A DNA stretch of 32,000 bases from Aliivibrio fischeri ES114. Lineage in GTDB: Bacteria; Pseudomonadota; Gammaproteobacteria; Enterobacterales; Vibrionaceae. Made by a program: the position numbers and the translations under genes. Positions 15,788 to 25,900 of the stretch are shown here, piece after piece; the first letter of the stretch is position 1; each line of letters begins with the position of its first letter. The stretch is taken from NCBI RefSeq assembly GCF_000011805.1, contig NC_006840.2. One strand, written 5' to 3'. The notes beneath the pieces are model-generated. The model saw nothing but the letters and a program-made list of their open reading frames with translations. It was not told the DNA's origin and searched no databases.

Positions 15788-17347
15788 GTGAGTAAACGAC
15801 TTTTACGTTCTGGCTTAATAGTCAGCATCATGACTTTAGTGTCTCGAGTTCTCGGTTTAGTCCGTGATGTCGTGGTTGCAAATCTTATGGGCGCAGGAGC
15901 ATCGGCTGATGTTTTCTTCTTTGCAAATAAGATCCCCAACTTTTTACGTCGTCTATTTGCAGAGGGCGCTTTTTCTCAAGCATTTGTCCCTGTTTTAACT
16001 GAATACCATGCCAGTGGGGATGACAACAAAACGCGTGAATTAATTGCAAAAGCCTCGGGAACGCTTGGGGTTCTTGTTACCATCGTCACCTTCTTTGGTA
16101 TTATTGGCTCAGGTGTCGTCACTGCATTGTTTGGTGCAGGTTGGTTTATGGATTGGCTTAATGATGGTCCAGCAGCACCTAAATTTGAGTTGGCCAGCTT
16201 TCTTTTAAAAATTACCTTTCCTTATTTATGGTTTATCACATTTGTAGCCTTGTCGGGCGCCATTTTAAATACCCTTGGTAAGTTTGCTGTTTCTTCTTTT
16301 ACACCTGTTTTCCTTAATATAGCTATTATTGCGTGTGCATATTTTGTCTCTCCTAATTTGGAGCAGCCAGAAATCGGTTTAGCAATAGGTGTCTTTTTAG
16401 GCGGTTTAATCCAATTCTTATTCCAACTTCCATTTCTTTATAAAGCAAAGATGTTAGTTCGCCCACAATGGGGGTGGAATGATCCTGGTGTGGTAAAAAT
16501 CAGAACCTTAATGATCCCAGCATTATTTGGTGTGTCTGTTAGTCAAATCAACTTATTATTTGATACCTTTATTGCCAGCTTTTTAGCGACGGGCTCGATC
16601 AGTTGGCTATATTATTCAGATCGTCTGTTAGAGTTTCCTTTAGGGCTATTTGGTATTGCTATTGCAACCGTGATATTACCAGCATTATCACGTAAACATG
16701 TCGATGCCGAAGGCGATGGATTCTCACAAACTATGGATTGGGGGGTGAGAATGGTGATTTTACTTGGTATTCCAGCCATGCTGGGCTTAATGGTATTGGC
16801 CAAACCAATGCTCATGGTTTTGTTTATGCGTGGTGAGTTTTCTCCAAATGATGTACACCAAGCTTCTCTGTCCTTATTGGCTTACGCATCTGGTTTGCTG
16901 AACTTTATGTTAATTAAGGTATTAGCGCCTGGTTATTATGCTCGTCAAGATACTAAAACACCAGTTCGTTACGGTATCATTGCCATGGTAACTAACATGT
17001 TCTTTAATGCTATTTTTGCTTATTTTTATGGCTATGTTGGTCTTGCTATGGCGACAGCATTATCTGCATTAGTTAATATGGTTCTCTTATATAGAGGACT
17101 GCATTTAGCAAACGTATATAAATTATCAAAAGAGACGGTATTTTTTGTATTGAAGCTAATTGTGTCAGGCGGTGTTATGGTATCTATTTTACTGTGGCTG
17201 ATGCCGAGCATGAGCATCTGGTTAGAGTGGGATTTGGCTAAGCGAGTTATGATGCTATTTGCCTTTATTGGTTTAGGTGCCATTTCTTACTTAATCACAG
17301 CTATTGTATTTGGATTACGCCTGCGTCATTTAAGAGCATCAGTCTAA
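15788..17347 (+). CDS. murJ: Lipid II flippase MurJ (MviN)
   Basis: 519-aa polytopic protein. SRVLGLVRDVVVANLMGAG..ADVFFFANKIPNFLRRLFAEGAFSQAFVPVL is collinear with E. coli MurJ. GTG start with GAGG 8 nt upstream. Confidence 0.93.
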   Translation: MSKRLLRSGLIVSIMTLVSRVLGLVRDVVVANLMGAGASADVFFFANKIPNFLRRLFAEGAFSQAFVPVLTEYHASGDDNKTRELIAKASGTLGVLVTIVTFFGIIGSGVVTALFGAGWFMDWLNDGPAAPKFELASFLLKITFPYLWFITFVALSGAILNTLGKFAVSSFTPVFLNIAIIACAYFVSPNLEQPEIGLAIGVFLGGLIQFLFQLPFLYKAKMLVRPQWGWNDPGVVKIRTLMIPALFGVSVSQINLLFDTFIASFLATGSISWLYYSDRLLEFPLGLFGIAIATVILPALSRKHVDAEGDGFSQTMDWGVRMVILLGIPAMLGLMVLAKPMLMVLFMRGEFSPNDVHQASLSLLAYASGLLNFMLIKVLAPGYYARQDTKTPVRYGIIAMVTNMFFNAIFAYFYGYVGLAMATALSALVNMVLLYRGLHLANVYKLSKETVFFVLKLIVSGGVMVSILLWLMPSMSIWLEWDLAKRVMMLFAFIGLGAISYLITAIVFGLRLRHLRASV

Positions 17348-17437
17348 ATTAAGAATTGCTTTTGTTCAGTGGTCTGAATGAGTACATTAGTATATAATTC
17401 GTCAGTTTTTTTAAGCGAATAAATTGATATTGAGATA

Positions 17438-18370
17438 ATGGAATTAATCCGAGGTATTCACAATATTACGCCAGACCATAAAGGCTGCGTAATGACGATA
17501 GGTAATTTTGATGGTGTTCATTTAGGACATCAGCAAGTATTACAACAAGTTAAGTCTAAAGCTAAAGAGCTAGGCTTACCGTCTGTCGTAATGACTTTTG
17601 AGCCTCAACCGATGGAGTTTTTTGCAAAAGAAAAGGCTCCGGCACGATTAACGCGTTTACGAGATAAATTTGTTCAGCTTAAAAAACTAGAAATAGAACG
17701 TTTATTATGTATTAATTTTAACCAGAAATTTGCAGAACAAAGCGCCGATGAGTTTGTCGAAGACTTGTTGGTGAGATTGTTGGATGTTAAGTTTTTGGTT
17801 GTGGGTGATGATTTCTGTTTTGGTAAACACCGCAAAGGAAATTTTGCCATGTTGCAAGAAGCAGGTAAAAAACATGGCTTTGAAGTGGTGAACACACAAA
17901 GTTTTTGCCTACAGCAACAACGAGTAAGTAGCACAGCAATACGTTCTGCACTTTTACATAATAAATTAGATGATGTCGCAACCATGCTAGGGCGACATTA
18001 TAGTATTACAGGTCGTGTATCCCACGGTCGAAAATTAGGACGAACCATAGGTTTTCCTACAGCGAATATCCCATTAAAACGTTGTGTTTCTCCTGTCTCT
18101 GGCGTGTATGTTGTGCAAGCTAAAGATAGCAAAGGGAAACAATTAGGTGGTGTTGCCAATATCGGTCATCGCCCAACGGTAAATGGCGCTCGTCAGCAAC
18201 TTGAAGTTCATTTCTTTGACTATAAAGGAAACCTTTATGGCCAACAGTTGGATGTTGAATTGCTTTATAAATTAAGAGATGAGCATAAATTTGAGTCTTT
18301 TGACGCTCTAAAACAACAAATAGAATTAGATTCTCAGGCAGCGCGGGTGTGGCTGTCTGAAAATAGATAA
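17438..18370 (+). CDS. ribF: Bifunctional riboflavin kinase / FMN adenylyltransferase
   Basis: N-terminal nucleotidyltransferase motif IGNFDGVHLGHQ and C-terminal riboflavin-kinase block GRKLGRTIGFPTANI. The ribF-ileS-lspA order is conserved. Confidence 0.95.
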   Translation: MELIRGIHNITPDHKGCVMTIGNFDGVHLGHQQVLQQVKSKAKELGLPSVVMTFEPQPMEFFAKEKAPARLTRLRDKFVQLKKLEIERLLCINFNQKFAEQSADEFVEDLLVRLLDVKFLVVGDDFCFGKHRKGNFAMLQEAGKKHGFEVVNTQSFCLQQQRVSSTAIRSALLHNKLDDVATMLGRHYSITGRVSHGRKLGRTIGFPTANIPLKRCVSPVSGVYVVQAKDSKGKQLGGVANIGHRPTVNGARQQLEVHFFDYKGNLYGQQLDVELLYKLRDEHKFESFDALKQQIELDSQAARVWLSENR

Positions 18371-18406
18371 CATTTCATTTCGCCCAAGTAACGGAATTAA
18401 GAATCA

Positions 18407-21265
18407 ATGAGTGACTATAAAGATACCTTGAACCTGCCAGAAACAGGATTCCCAATGCGTGGTAACTTGGCTAATCGTGAGCCAGAAATGCTTAAGCGTT
18501 GGTACGATGAAGACCTTTACGGTGAAATCCGTAAAGCGAAAAAAGGTAAGAAATCGTTCGTATTACACGACGGCCCTCCTTATGCAAATGGTGACATTCA
18601 TATTGGTCACGCACTAAACAAGATTCTTAAAGACATTATTATTAAGTCGAAAACACTTTCTGGTTTCGATGCGCCGTATGTTCCTGGTTGGGACTGCCAC
18701 GGCCTACCAATTGAATTAATGGTAGAAAAGAAAAAAGGTAAGCCGGGTCAAAAGATCTCTGCTGCTGAATTCCGTGAAGAATGTCGTAAATATGCGGCAG
18801 GCCAAGTTGAAGGTCAAAAAGAGAGCTTCAAACGTCTAGGTGTTATGGGCGAGTGGGATAAACCTTACCGCACAATGGATTTTGGTACTGAAGCAAACAT
18901 TATTCGTTCTTTAGGTAAAATTGCTGACCAAGGCCACTTATTGAAAGGTTTCAAACCTGTTCACTGGTGTACAGATTGTGGTTCTGCATTAGCTGAAGCG
19001 GAAGTTGAATACCAAGATAAAGTATCTCCATCAATTGATGTACGTTTTGTTGCCGCTGACGAAGCTGCTACATTAGCGAAATTCAGCACACCTGAAGGTC
19101 ATCAAGGTGAAGGTGAATTATCAGTTGTTATCTGGACAACAACACCTTGGACTCTTCCTGCAAACCGTGCAGTGGCATTACACGCAGATCTTGAATACGT
19201 ATTAGTACAAGTAGAAGCACACGGTGAGCAAAAAGCGCAACGTCTGATCCTTGCTTCTGAACTGGCTAAGTCAGTATTAGATCGTGCAAACATCGAACAT
19301 TACCATAACTTAGGTTTTGCTAAAGGTTCTGACTTAGAACTTCTGCAATTTAACCACCCATTCTACAACTTTACGGTTCCTGCAATTCTAGGTGAGCACG
19401 TAACGACTGATTCAGGTACAGGTATTGTTCATACAGCACCAGGCCATGGTCAAGAAGACTTCGTAGTTGGTAAAAAATACGATTTAGAAATCGCAAACCC
19501 AGTAGGTTCAAATGGTGTATACCTTCCTGATACTGAACTGTTTGCTGGCCAGCATGTATTCAAAGCAAACGACTCAGTACTTGAAGTATTGAAAGAAAAA
19601 GGTGCGCTACTGCATCATCATGCGTACGAGCACAGCTATCCGCATTGTTGGAGACACAAAACACCAATCATCTTCCGTGCAACGCCACAATGGTTCATCT
19701 CAATGGATCAAGCGGGTCTTCGTGCAAAAGCGCTAGAAGAAGTGAAGAGTGTTGAGTGGATGCCTGAATGGGGTCAAAACCGCATTGAAGGTATGATCGA
19801 AGGTCGTCCTGAATGGTGTATCTCTCGTCAACGTACTTGGGGCGTGCCAATTGCTCTGTTTGTACATAAAGAAACGGCTGAATTACACCCTGATTCACTA
19901 GAGCTAATTGAGAAAGTAGCGAAACTAGTTGAAGAAAAAGGTATTCAAGCATGGTGGGATGTTGATGCTGCTGAGCTTATGGGCGAAGAAGATGCTGCAA
20001 ACTACGAAAAAGTTTTAGATACTTTAGACGTATGGTTTGATTCTGGCGTAACTCACTTCTCTGTTGTTGACTCTCGCGAAGAATACAACTTCCCTGAAGA
20101 AGAAAGAACGCACAGTGCAGATCTTTACCTAGAAGGTTCAGATCAACACCGTGGTTGGTTCCAATCGTCGTTGATCTCATCAGTAGCAATGAAAGGTAAA
20201 GCACCTTACCGCCAAGTACTAACACACGGTTTCGTGGTGGATGGTAACGGTCGTAAGATGTCTAAATCTATCGGTAACGTTGTTGCACCTAAAGATGTAA
20301 CAAACAAACTAGGTGCAGATATTCTTCGTCTATGGGTAGCATCTACTGATTATACTAATGAAGTTGCAGTTTCGGATGAAATTCTAAAACGTTCAGCTGA
20401 CGCATACCGTCGTATTCGTAATACAGCTCGTTTCTTCCTAGCTAACTTAAGTGGCTTTAACCCAGCAACAGATATCGTTCCTGCAGAAGAAATGGTAGCG
20501 TTAGATCGTTGGGCTGTAGGTCGTGCATTTGCAGCACAGCAAGAGATCATCAAATCTTACGATGAATACAACTTACACGAAGTAACTCAGCGTTTGATGC
20601 ATTTCTGTTCAATCGAAATGGGTTCTTTCTACTTAGATGTAATTAAAGACCGTCAATACACAGCTAAGAAGGGCGGTCACGCTCAACGCAGTTGTCAAAC
20701 GGCGCTTTACTACATCGTAGAAGCATTAGTTCGTTGGATGGCTCCTATCATGTCATTCACTGCTGATGAAATCTGGAATGAAATGCCAGGTGAGCGTGAG
20801 AAATTTGTATTTACAGGCGAATGGTACCAAGGTCTATTTGATCTTGCTGAAGGTGAAGAGTTCAATAATGAATTCTGGACTGAAATCCAAGCGGTTCGTG
20901 CTTCTGTAAATAAATTACTTGAAGCTGCACGTGGTGAGAAAGTGATCGGTGGCGCACTTCAAGCAGAAGTAACGCTGTACGCTGATGACGCATTAATTGC
21001 TAAAATCAACAAATTAGAAGATGAACTGCGTTTTGTTCTTCTAACTTCAGCAGCAACTGTTAAACCACTTAGTGAGAAAACAGAATCAGCGAAAGCAACA
21101 GAATTAGATGGTCTGTTTGTTGATGTTGCTGCATCTGAAGCAGCGAAGTGTGAGCGTTGTTGGCACCATGTTGCTGATGTAGGTACTATCGAAGGTCACG
21201 AAGAAGTATGTGGTCGTTGTGTATCTAACGTTGATGGTGAAGGCGAAGAGCGTAAATTTGCATAA
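18407..21265 (+). CDS. ileS: Isoleucine--tRNA ligase (class I)
   Basis: 952 aa with HIGH ([15 protein letters not shown]), KMSKS ([10 protein letters not shown]) and a C-terminal Cys cluster (CERCWHH...CGRC). Confidence 0.97.
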   Translation: MSDYKDTLNLPETGFPMRGNLANREPEMLKRWYDEDLYGEIRKAKKGKKSFVLHDGPPYANGDIHIGHALNKILKDIIIKSKTLSGFDAPYVPGWDCHGLPIELMVEKKKGKPGQKISAAEFREECRKYAAGQVEGQKESFKRLGVMGEWDKPYRTMDFGTEANIIRSLGKIADQGHLLKGFKPVHWCTDCGSALAEAEVEYQDKVSPSIDVRFVAADEAATLAKFSTPEGHQGEGELSVVIWTTTPWTLPANRAVALHADLEYVLVQVEAHGEQKAQRLILASELAKSVLDRANIEHYHNLGFAKGSDLELLQFNHPFYNFTVPAILGEHVTTDSGTGIVHTAPGHGQEDFVVGKKYDLEIANPVGSNGVYLPDTELFAGQHVFKANDSVLEVLKEKGALLHHHAYEHSYPHCWRHKTPIIFRATPQWFISMDQAGLRAKALEEVKSVEWMPEWGQNRIEGMIEGRPEWCISRQRTWGVPIALFVHKETAELHPDSLELIEKVAKLVEEKGIQAWWDVDAAELMGEEDAANYEKVLDTLDVWFDSGVTHFSVVDSREEYNFPEEERTHSADLYLEGSDQHRGWFQSSLISSVAMKGKAPYRQVLTHGFVVDGNGRKMSKSIGNVVAPKDVTNKLGADILRLWVASTDYTNEVAVSDEILKRSADAYRRIRNTARFFLANLSGFNPATDIVPAEEMVALDRWAVGRAFAAQQEIIKSYDEYNLHEVTQRLMHFCSIEMGSFYLDVIKDRQYTAKKGGHAQRSCQTALYYIVEALVRWMAPIMSFTADEIWNEMPGEREKFVFTGEWYQGLFDLAEGEEFNNEFWTEIQAVRASVNKLLEAARGEKVIGGALQAEVTLYADDALIAKINKLEDELRFVLLTSAATVKPLSEKTESAKATELDGLFVDVAASEAAKCERCWHHVADVGTIEGHEEVCGRCVSNVDGEGEERKFA

Positions 21266-21780
21266 TGACTAGCGATAAGAAAACATTACCGCTGCTTAAA
21301 GAATCAGGACTCCGCTGGCTATGGCTAGCGGGGATCATCTTTATGGCAGACATCAGTATCAAATTATTTGTGATGAAAGAAATGGGTTATGGTTGGGCAA
21401 ACCGTATTGAAGTATTGCCTTTCTTTAACTTTCTTTATGTTCATAACTATGGTGCAGCATTTAGCTTTTTAAGTGATCAAGCTGGTTGGCAACGTTGGTT
21501 TTTTACTGGCATTGCTATTAGCGTATGTGGTTTGTTAGTTTATTGGATGCGTAAAGCTCCGCAGAAAGATAAATTGAATAATATTGCTTATGCACTGATC
21601 ATTGGTGGTGCTATTGGTAATGTTTTTGATCGCTTAGTTCATGGTTTCGTTGTCGATTATCTCGATTTTTATTGGGGTAATTATCATTGGCCAGCATTCA
21701 ATTTAGCGGATGCAGCCATATGTATCGGTGCGGGCTTGATCATTTTGGATGGTCTCCGCTCTGGTAAAAAAGAGCAATAA
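21265..21780 (+). CDS. lspA: Lipoprotein signal peptidase (signal peptidase II)
   Basis: 171-aa membrane protein with [10 protein letters not shown] and FNLADAAI motifs. Its ATG overlaps the ileS stop (TAATG at 21263-21267). Confidence 0.94.
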   Translation: MTSDKKTLPLLKESGLRWLWLAGIIFMADISIKLFVMKEMGYGWANRIEVLPFFNFLYVHNYGAAFSFLSDQAGWQRWFFTGIAISVCGLLVYWMRKAPQKDKLNNIAYALIIGGAIGNVFDRLVHGFVVDYLDFYWGNYHWPAFNLADAAICIGAGLIILDGLRSGKKEQ

Positions 21781-21803
21781 AACTCATAGAGCATAATCAA
21801 TGA

Positions 21804-21836
21804 ACGCTACCCGAGCAGTCGAGTGGCGTTTTTTTT
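21804..21836 (+). terminator. Rho-independent terminator or attenuator between lspA and fkpB
   Basis: Stem ACGCTAC-C-CGA (21804-21814), loop GCAG, stem TCG-A-GTGGCGT (21819-21829). It has one G-U pair and one mismatch, and is followed by 8 T. Confidence 0.7.
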
Positions 21837-21851
21837 CAAGGAAAGATTGAA

Positions 21852-22280
21852 ATGAAAATAGAAAATAACAGTGAAGTTACCCTACATTTCACCATAAAAT
21901 TAAAAGATGGCTCTGTTGCGGATAGTACACATAGTTCAGGTAAACCAGCAAAATTTACTATGGGTGATGGTAGCCTAAGTGAAAATTTTGAGAAATGTTT
22001 ACTTGGTTTAGAAGCCGAGCAAGCTAAAAGTATTGAATTATGTGCTGAAGATGCATTTGGCCTTCCAAACCCTGATAATATCCATCATATGGATAGAAAT
22101 CGCTTTGTAGGTGATGCAGCGGCTGAAGTCGGAACTATTATGGCCTTTAGTGGCCCTGATGGAATGGATATTCCAGGCATCATAACAGAGATTGCTGGTG
22201 ACTCAGTGACAGTTGATTTTAATCACCCATTAGCGGGTCAAGATGTTATCTTTGATGTAGAGATTGTAGCGGTTGGTTAA
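21852..22280 (+). CDS. fkpB: FKBP-type peptidyl-prolyl cis-trans isomerase FkpB (SlpA)
   Basis: 142 aa. VTLHFTIKLKDGSVADST..GKPAKFTMGDGSLSE...GDSVTVDFNHPLAGQ is collinear with E. coli FkpB, and the position between lspA and ispH is conserved. Confidence 0.92.
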   Translation: MKIENNSEVTLHFTIKLKDGSVADSTHSSGKPAKFTMGDGSLSENFEKCLLGLEAEQAKSIELCAEDAFGLPNPDNIHHMDRNRFVGDAAAEVGTIMAFSGPDGMDIPGIITEIAGDSVTVDFNHPLAGQDVIFDVEIVAVG

Positions 22281-22304
22281 TCCAACACAATAAAGAGAAA
22301 GAAA

Positions 22305-23249
22305 ATGAAAATAGTATTAGCTAATCCTCGTGGTTTTTGTGCCGGTGTTGATCGTGCCATTAGCATTGTTGAGCGTGCTTTAGAGTTATATGAAGCACCT
22401 ATTTATGTTCGTCATGAGGTAGTACATAATCGATTTGTTGTTGAAGGATTAAAGCAACGTGGTGCTATTTTTGTTGAAGAATTGCACGAAGTGCCTGACG
22501 ATAATATTGTTATTTTCTCTGCTCATGGTGTTTCACAAGCCGTACGTAAAGAAGCGAAAGAACGAGCATTAACTGTGTTTGATGCAACTTGCCCACTAGT
22601 GACAAAAGTACATATGGAAGTGGCTCGTGCAAGTAAAAAGAATATTGAAGTTGTATTAATAGGTCATGCGGGACACCCAGAAGTTGAAGGTACAATGGGG
22701 CAGTATGCGAGTGATTCAGCTGGTATGTATTTAGTTGAAACTCCTGATGACGTCATTAAATTAAATGTAAAAGATCCATCGAATCTTCATTATGTAAGTC
22801 AAACAACATTATCTGTTGATGAAACCGCTGATGTGATTGATGAATTACGTCGAGTATTTCCTGAAATTCAAGGACCACGTAAAGATGATATTTGTTATGC
22901 AACACAAAATCGTCAAGATGCAGTGCGTGATATGGCAAGCCAAGTGGATGTGATGATCGTTGTTGGTTCTAAAAACTCTTCAAATTCAAATCGTTTACGC
23001 GAATTATCTGAAAAATTAGGGACAACGAGTTATTTAATTGATTGTCCTGAAGATCTTAAAGAAGAATGGTTAACAGAGCAGACTAAAGTTGGTGTAACTG
23101 CTGGAGCTTCAGCCCCTGAAGAATTGGTTAACCAAATTATAGAACAAGTAAAAGCATTTGGCGGAACGGCTGTTGAAGAATTAACTGGTCGTGAAGAAAA
23201 TATGTTTTTTGAAGTGCCAAAAGAATTGCAAATCAAAACGGTATCTTAA
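22305..23249 (+). CDS. ispH: 4-hydroxy-3-methylbut-2-enyl diphosphate reductase (IspH/LytB)
   Basis: 314 aa with the three cluster cysteines in conserved contexts ([32 protein letters not shown]). Confidence 0.96.
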   Translation: MKIVLANPRGFCAGVDRAISIVERALELYEAPIYVRHEVVHNRFVVEGLKQRGAIFVEELHEVPDDNIVIFSAHGVSQAVRKEAKERALTVFDATCPLVTKVHMEVARASKKNIEVVLIGHAGHPEVEGTMGQYASDSAGMYLVETPDDVIKLNVKDPSNLHYVSQTTLSVDETADVIDELRRVFPEIQGPRKDDICYATQNRQDAVRDMASQVDVMIVVGSKNSSNSNRLRELSEKLGTTSYLIDCPEDLKEEWLTEQTKVGVTAGASAPEELVNQIIEQVKAFGGTAVEELTGREENMFFEVPKELQIKTVS

Positions 23250-23279
23250 TACTTCACATAGTAGTGAATAAAAATTTAA

Positions 23280-24131
<852 letters not shown>

Positions 24132-24140
24132 TTATTACTA

Positions 24141-24172
24141 AGCCCGAATCAATGTGATTCGGGCTTTTTTTT
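24141..24172 (+). terminator. Rho-independent terminator of dapB
   Basis: 10-bp perfect stem AGCCCGAATC / GATTCGGGCT with a 5-nt loop, followed by 8 T. Confidence 0.9.
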
Positions 24173-24339
24173 AACTAAAGCCCTGTGATGGTAATGACTT
24201 GAAGGGGAGATACTAACTATTTATCTTTAATTTATTATAATCACTTATTATTCACGAATAATGCTCGGTATACCTTAGTTTTCTCTATTCTTATAAATCT
24301 AACTTCTTCTTGTTTTAAATTAAATTATATAGATAGTAC

Positions 24340-24372
24340 TTGTGGTTTTTTGTGGTTTTGTTTGTGTTTTTG
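24340..24372 (+). repeat. Pure G/T tract with tandem TGTGGTTTT repeat in the dapB-carA intergenic region
   Basis: 33 consecutive G/T-only bases. TGTGGTTTT occurs at 24341-24349 and 24351-24359 (10-bp period). G/T-dominated sequence continues to about 24423. Confidence 0.7.
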
Positions 24373-24586
24373 ATTGAGATGGTTGTTTTTGTAACTTTTA
24401 TTTGTTGTTTATCGTTTGCTTTGATCTAATGCTTAAATTAACCATTCTAAAAAATGATTTTTTGATGCAAAAACTCATTAAGAGTAAAAAAGCATCAATT
24501 TTAGCTTTAAAAGTTCCATTTTTGACCTTGTATATTGATTTTTAGTTTGAGTTGGCCGAAAAAGTTATTTAATAATGTGTTTTTGG

Positions 24587-24615
24587 TTGACAGTTAATCT
24601 ATACATCTCTAAAAT
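24587..24615 (+). promoter_or_regulatory. Strong sigma70-type promoter, candidate carAB P1
   Basis: TTGACA (24587-24592), a 17-bp spacer, then TAAAAT (24610-24615). The predicted start near A24622/A24623 is followed by TTTG, and lies about 100 bp upstream of carA. Confidence 0.5.
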
Positions 24616-24674
24616 TTCGCCAATTTGTCAAAAATCGAGCTTGTAGTTTGTTTTTTTGGTTTTAAAAAAATAGT

Positions 24675-24713
24675 TTTGCATATATATTGATGTGAAATGA
24701 ATGATTATTATGT
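24675..24713 (+). promoter_or_regulatory. Pair of ARG boxes (candidate ArgR operator over carAB P2 and its leader)
   Basis: Two 18-mers are separated by 3 bp: TT TGCAT ATAT ATTGA TG (24675-24692) and AA TGAAT GATT ATTAT GT (24696-24713). The consensus is WN TGAAT WWWW ATTCA NW. The spacing is the canonical tandem arrangement. The operator ends 2 nt before the carA SD. Confidence 0.5.
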
Positions 24714-24725
24714 TTGGAGGTTGTC

Positions 24726-25883
24726 TTGAGTAAATCAGCGCTGTTAGTCCTAGAAGATGGGACAGTGTTCCACGGTCAATCGATTGGAGCAGATGGCTCG
24801 GCCGTTGGTGAAGTCGTTTTTAATACTTCGATGACGGGGTATCAAGAAATTCTCACTGATCCTTCCTATTCTCAACAAATCGTTACTCTCACTTATCCCC
24901 ACATTGGCAATACCGGAATCAATTCCGAAGACGAAGAATCTTCTTCAATCCACGCTCAAGGCCTTGTAATTCGCGATCTCCCTCTCTTAGCTTCAAACTT
25001 CCGCAGTGAACAAACCCTTTCTGAATATCTTAAGTCTCAAAATATCGTCGGCATTGCTGATATTGATACTCGTAAATTAACTCGAATTCTTCGTGAAAAA
25101 GGTGCTCAAAACGGTTGTATCGTAGCGGGCACTAATTTAGATGAAGCATTTGCGCTTGCTCAAGCAAAAGAGTTCCCAGGTCTTAAAGGCATGGATTTAG
25201 CAAAAGAAGTAACGACTTCTGAAGCATATCAATGGAAGCAAGGTTCTTGGACTTTGACTGGCGGTTTGCCAGAAGAAAAAGCAGACAGTGAATTACCATT
25301 CCACGTAGTGGCTTATGACTTTGGTGCTAAACGTAACATCTTACGTATGTTAGTTGACCGTGGTTGTCGTTTAACGGTTGTTCCTGCCCAAACTTCTGCA
25401 GAAGAAGTATTAGCAATGAATCCAGATGGCGTATTCCTATCAAATGGCCCTGGTGACCCAGCACCATGTACTTACGCTATTGAAGCAACAAAAGTGTTCC
25501 TAGAAAAAGGTTTACCAATCTTTGGTATCTGTCTTGGTCATCAAATTCTTGCTTTAGCATCTGGCGCTCAAACAGTAAAAATGAAGTTTGGTCATCATGG
25601 TGCAAACCACCCAGTTAAAGACTTGGAGCGTGATGTAGTAATGATCACTGCACAGAACCACGGTTTTGCAGCAGATGAAGAAACGTTACCTGAGAATCTA
25701 CGTGCGACGCACAAATCACTATTTGATGGCACTCTGCAAGGTATCCACCGTACAGATAAACCAGCATTCAGCTTCCAAGGTCACCCTGAAGCAAGCCCAG
25801 GTCCACACGATGCAGCGCCATTGTTTGACCATTTCATTGAATTAATTCAGCAGTCTATTGCTGACAAGACAAACAAAGCTTAA
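24726..25883 (+). CDS. carA: Carbamoyl-phosphate synthase small (glutaminase) subunit, UUG start
   Basis: (M)[16 protein letters not shown] aligns with the E. coli CarA N-terminus. The start is TTG 24726, with GGAGG 5 nt upstream. The track start TTG 24714 overlaps that SD. The GATase triad context is GICLGHQ and [11 protein letters not shown]. Confidence 0.93.
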   Translation: MSKSALLVLEDGTVFHGQSIGADGSAVGEVVFNTSMTGYQEILTDPSYSQQIVTLTYPHIGNTGINSEDEESSSIHAQGLVIRDLPLLASNFRSEQTLSEYLKSQNIVGIADIDTRKLTRILREKGAQNGCIVAGTNLDEAFALAQAKEFPGLKGMDLAKEVTTSEAYQWKQGSWTLTGGLPEEKADSELPFHVVAYDFGAKRNILRMLVDRGCRLTVVPAQTSAEEVLAMNPDGVFLSNGPGDPAPCTYAIEATKVFLEKGLPIFGICLGHQILALASGAQTVKMKFGHHGANHPVKDLERDVVMITAQNHGFAADEETLPENLRATHKSLFDGTLQGIHRTDKPAFSFQGHPEASPGPHDAAPLFDHFIELIQQSIADKTNKA

Positions 25884-25900
25884 TTCGGAGTAGTAATAAG

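Noticed and set aside
16612-17283. Antisense ORFs 16612-16815 and 17032-17283 inside murJ
   Set aside because: These are shadow ORFs opposite a conserved membrane-protein gene, with no independent support.
17674-17985. Three nested or overlapping antisense ORFs inside ribF
   Set aside because: They overlap each other in different frames opposite a conserved gene and are Cys/Leu/Ser-rich and low-complexity. I treat them as chance ORFs in AT-rich antisense sequence.
19102-20553. Four antisense ORFs inside ileS (19102-19293, 19695-19952, 19977-20225, 20350-20553)
   Set aside because: These are shadow ORFs opposite a 952-aa universally conserved gene, with no SD or start context.
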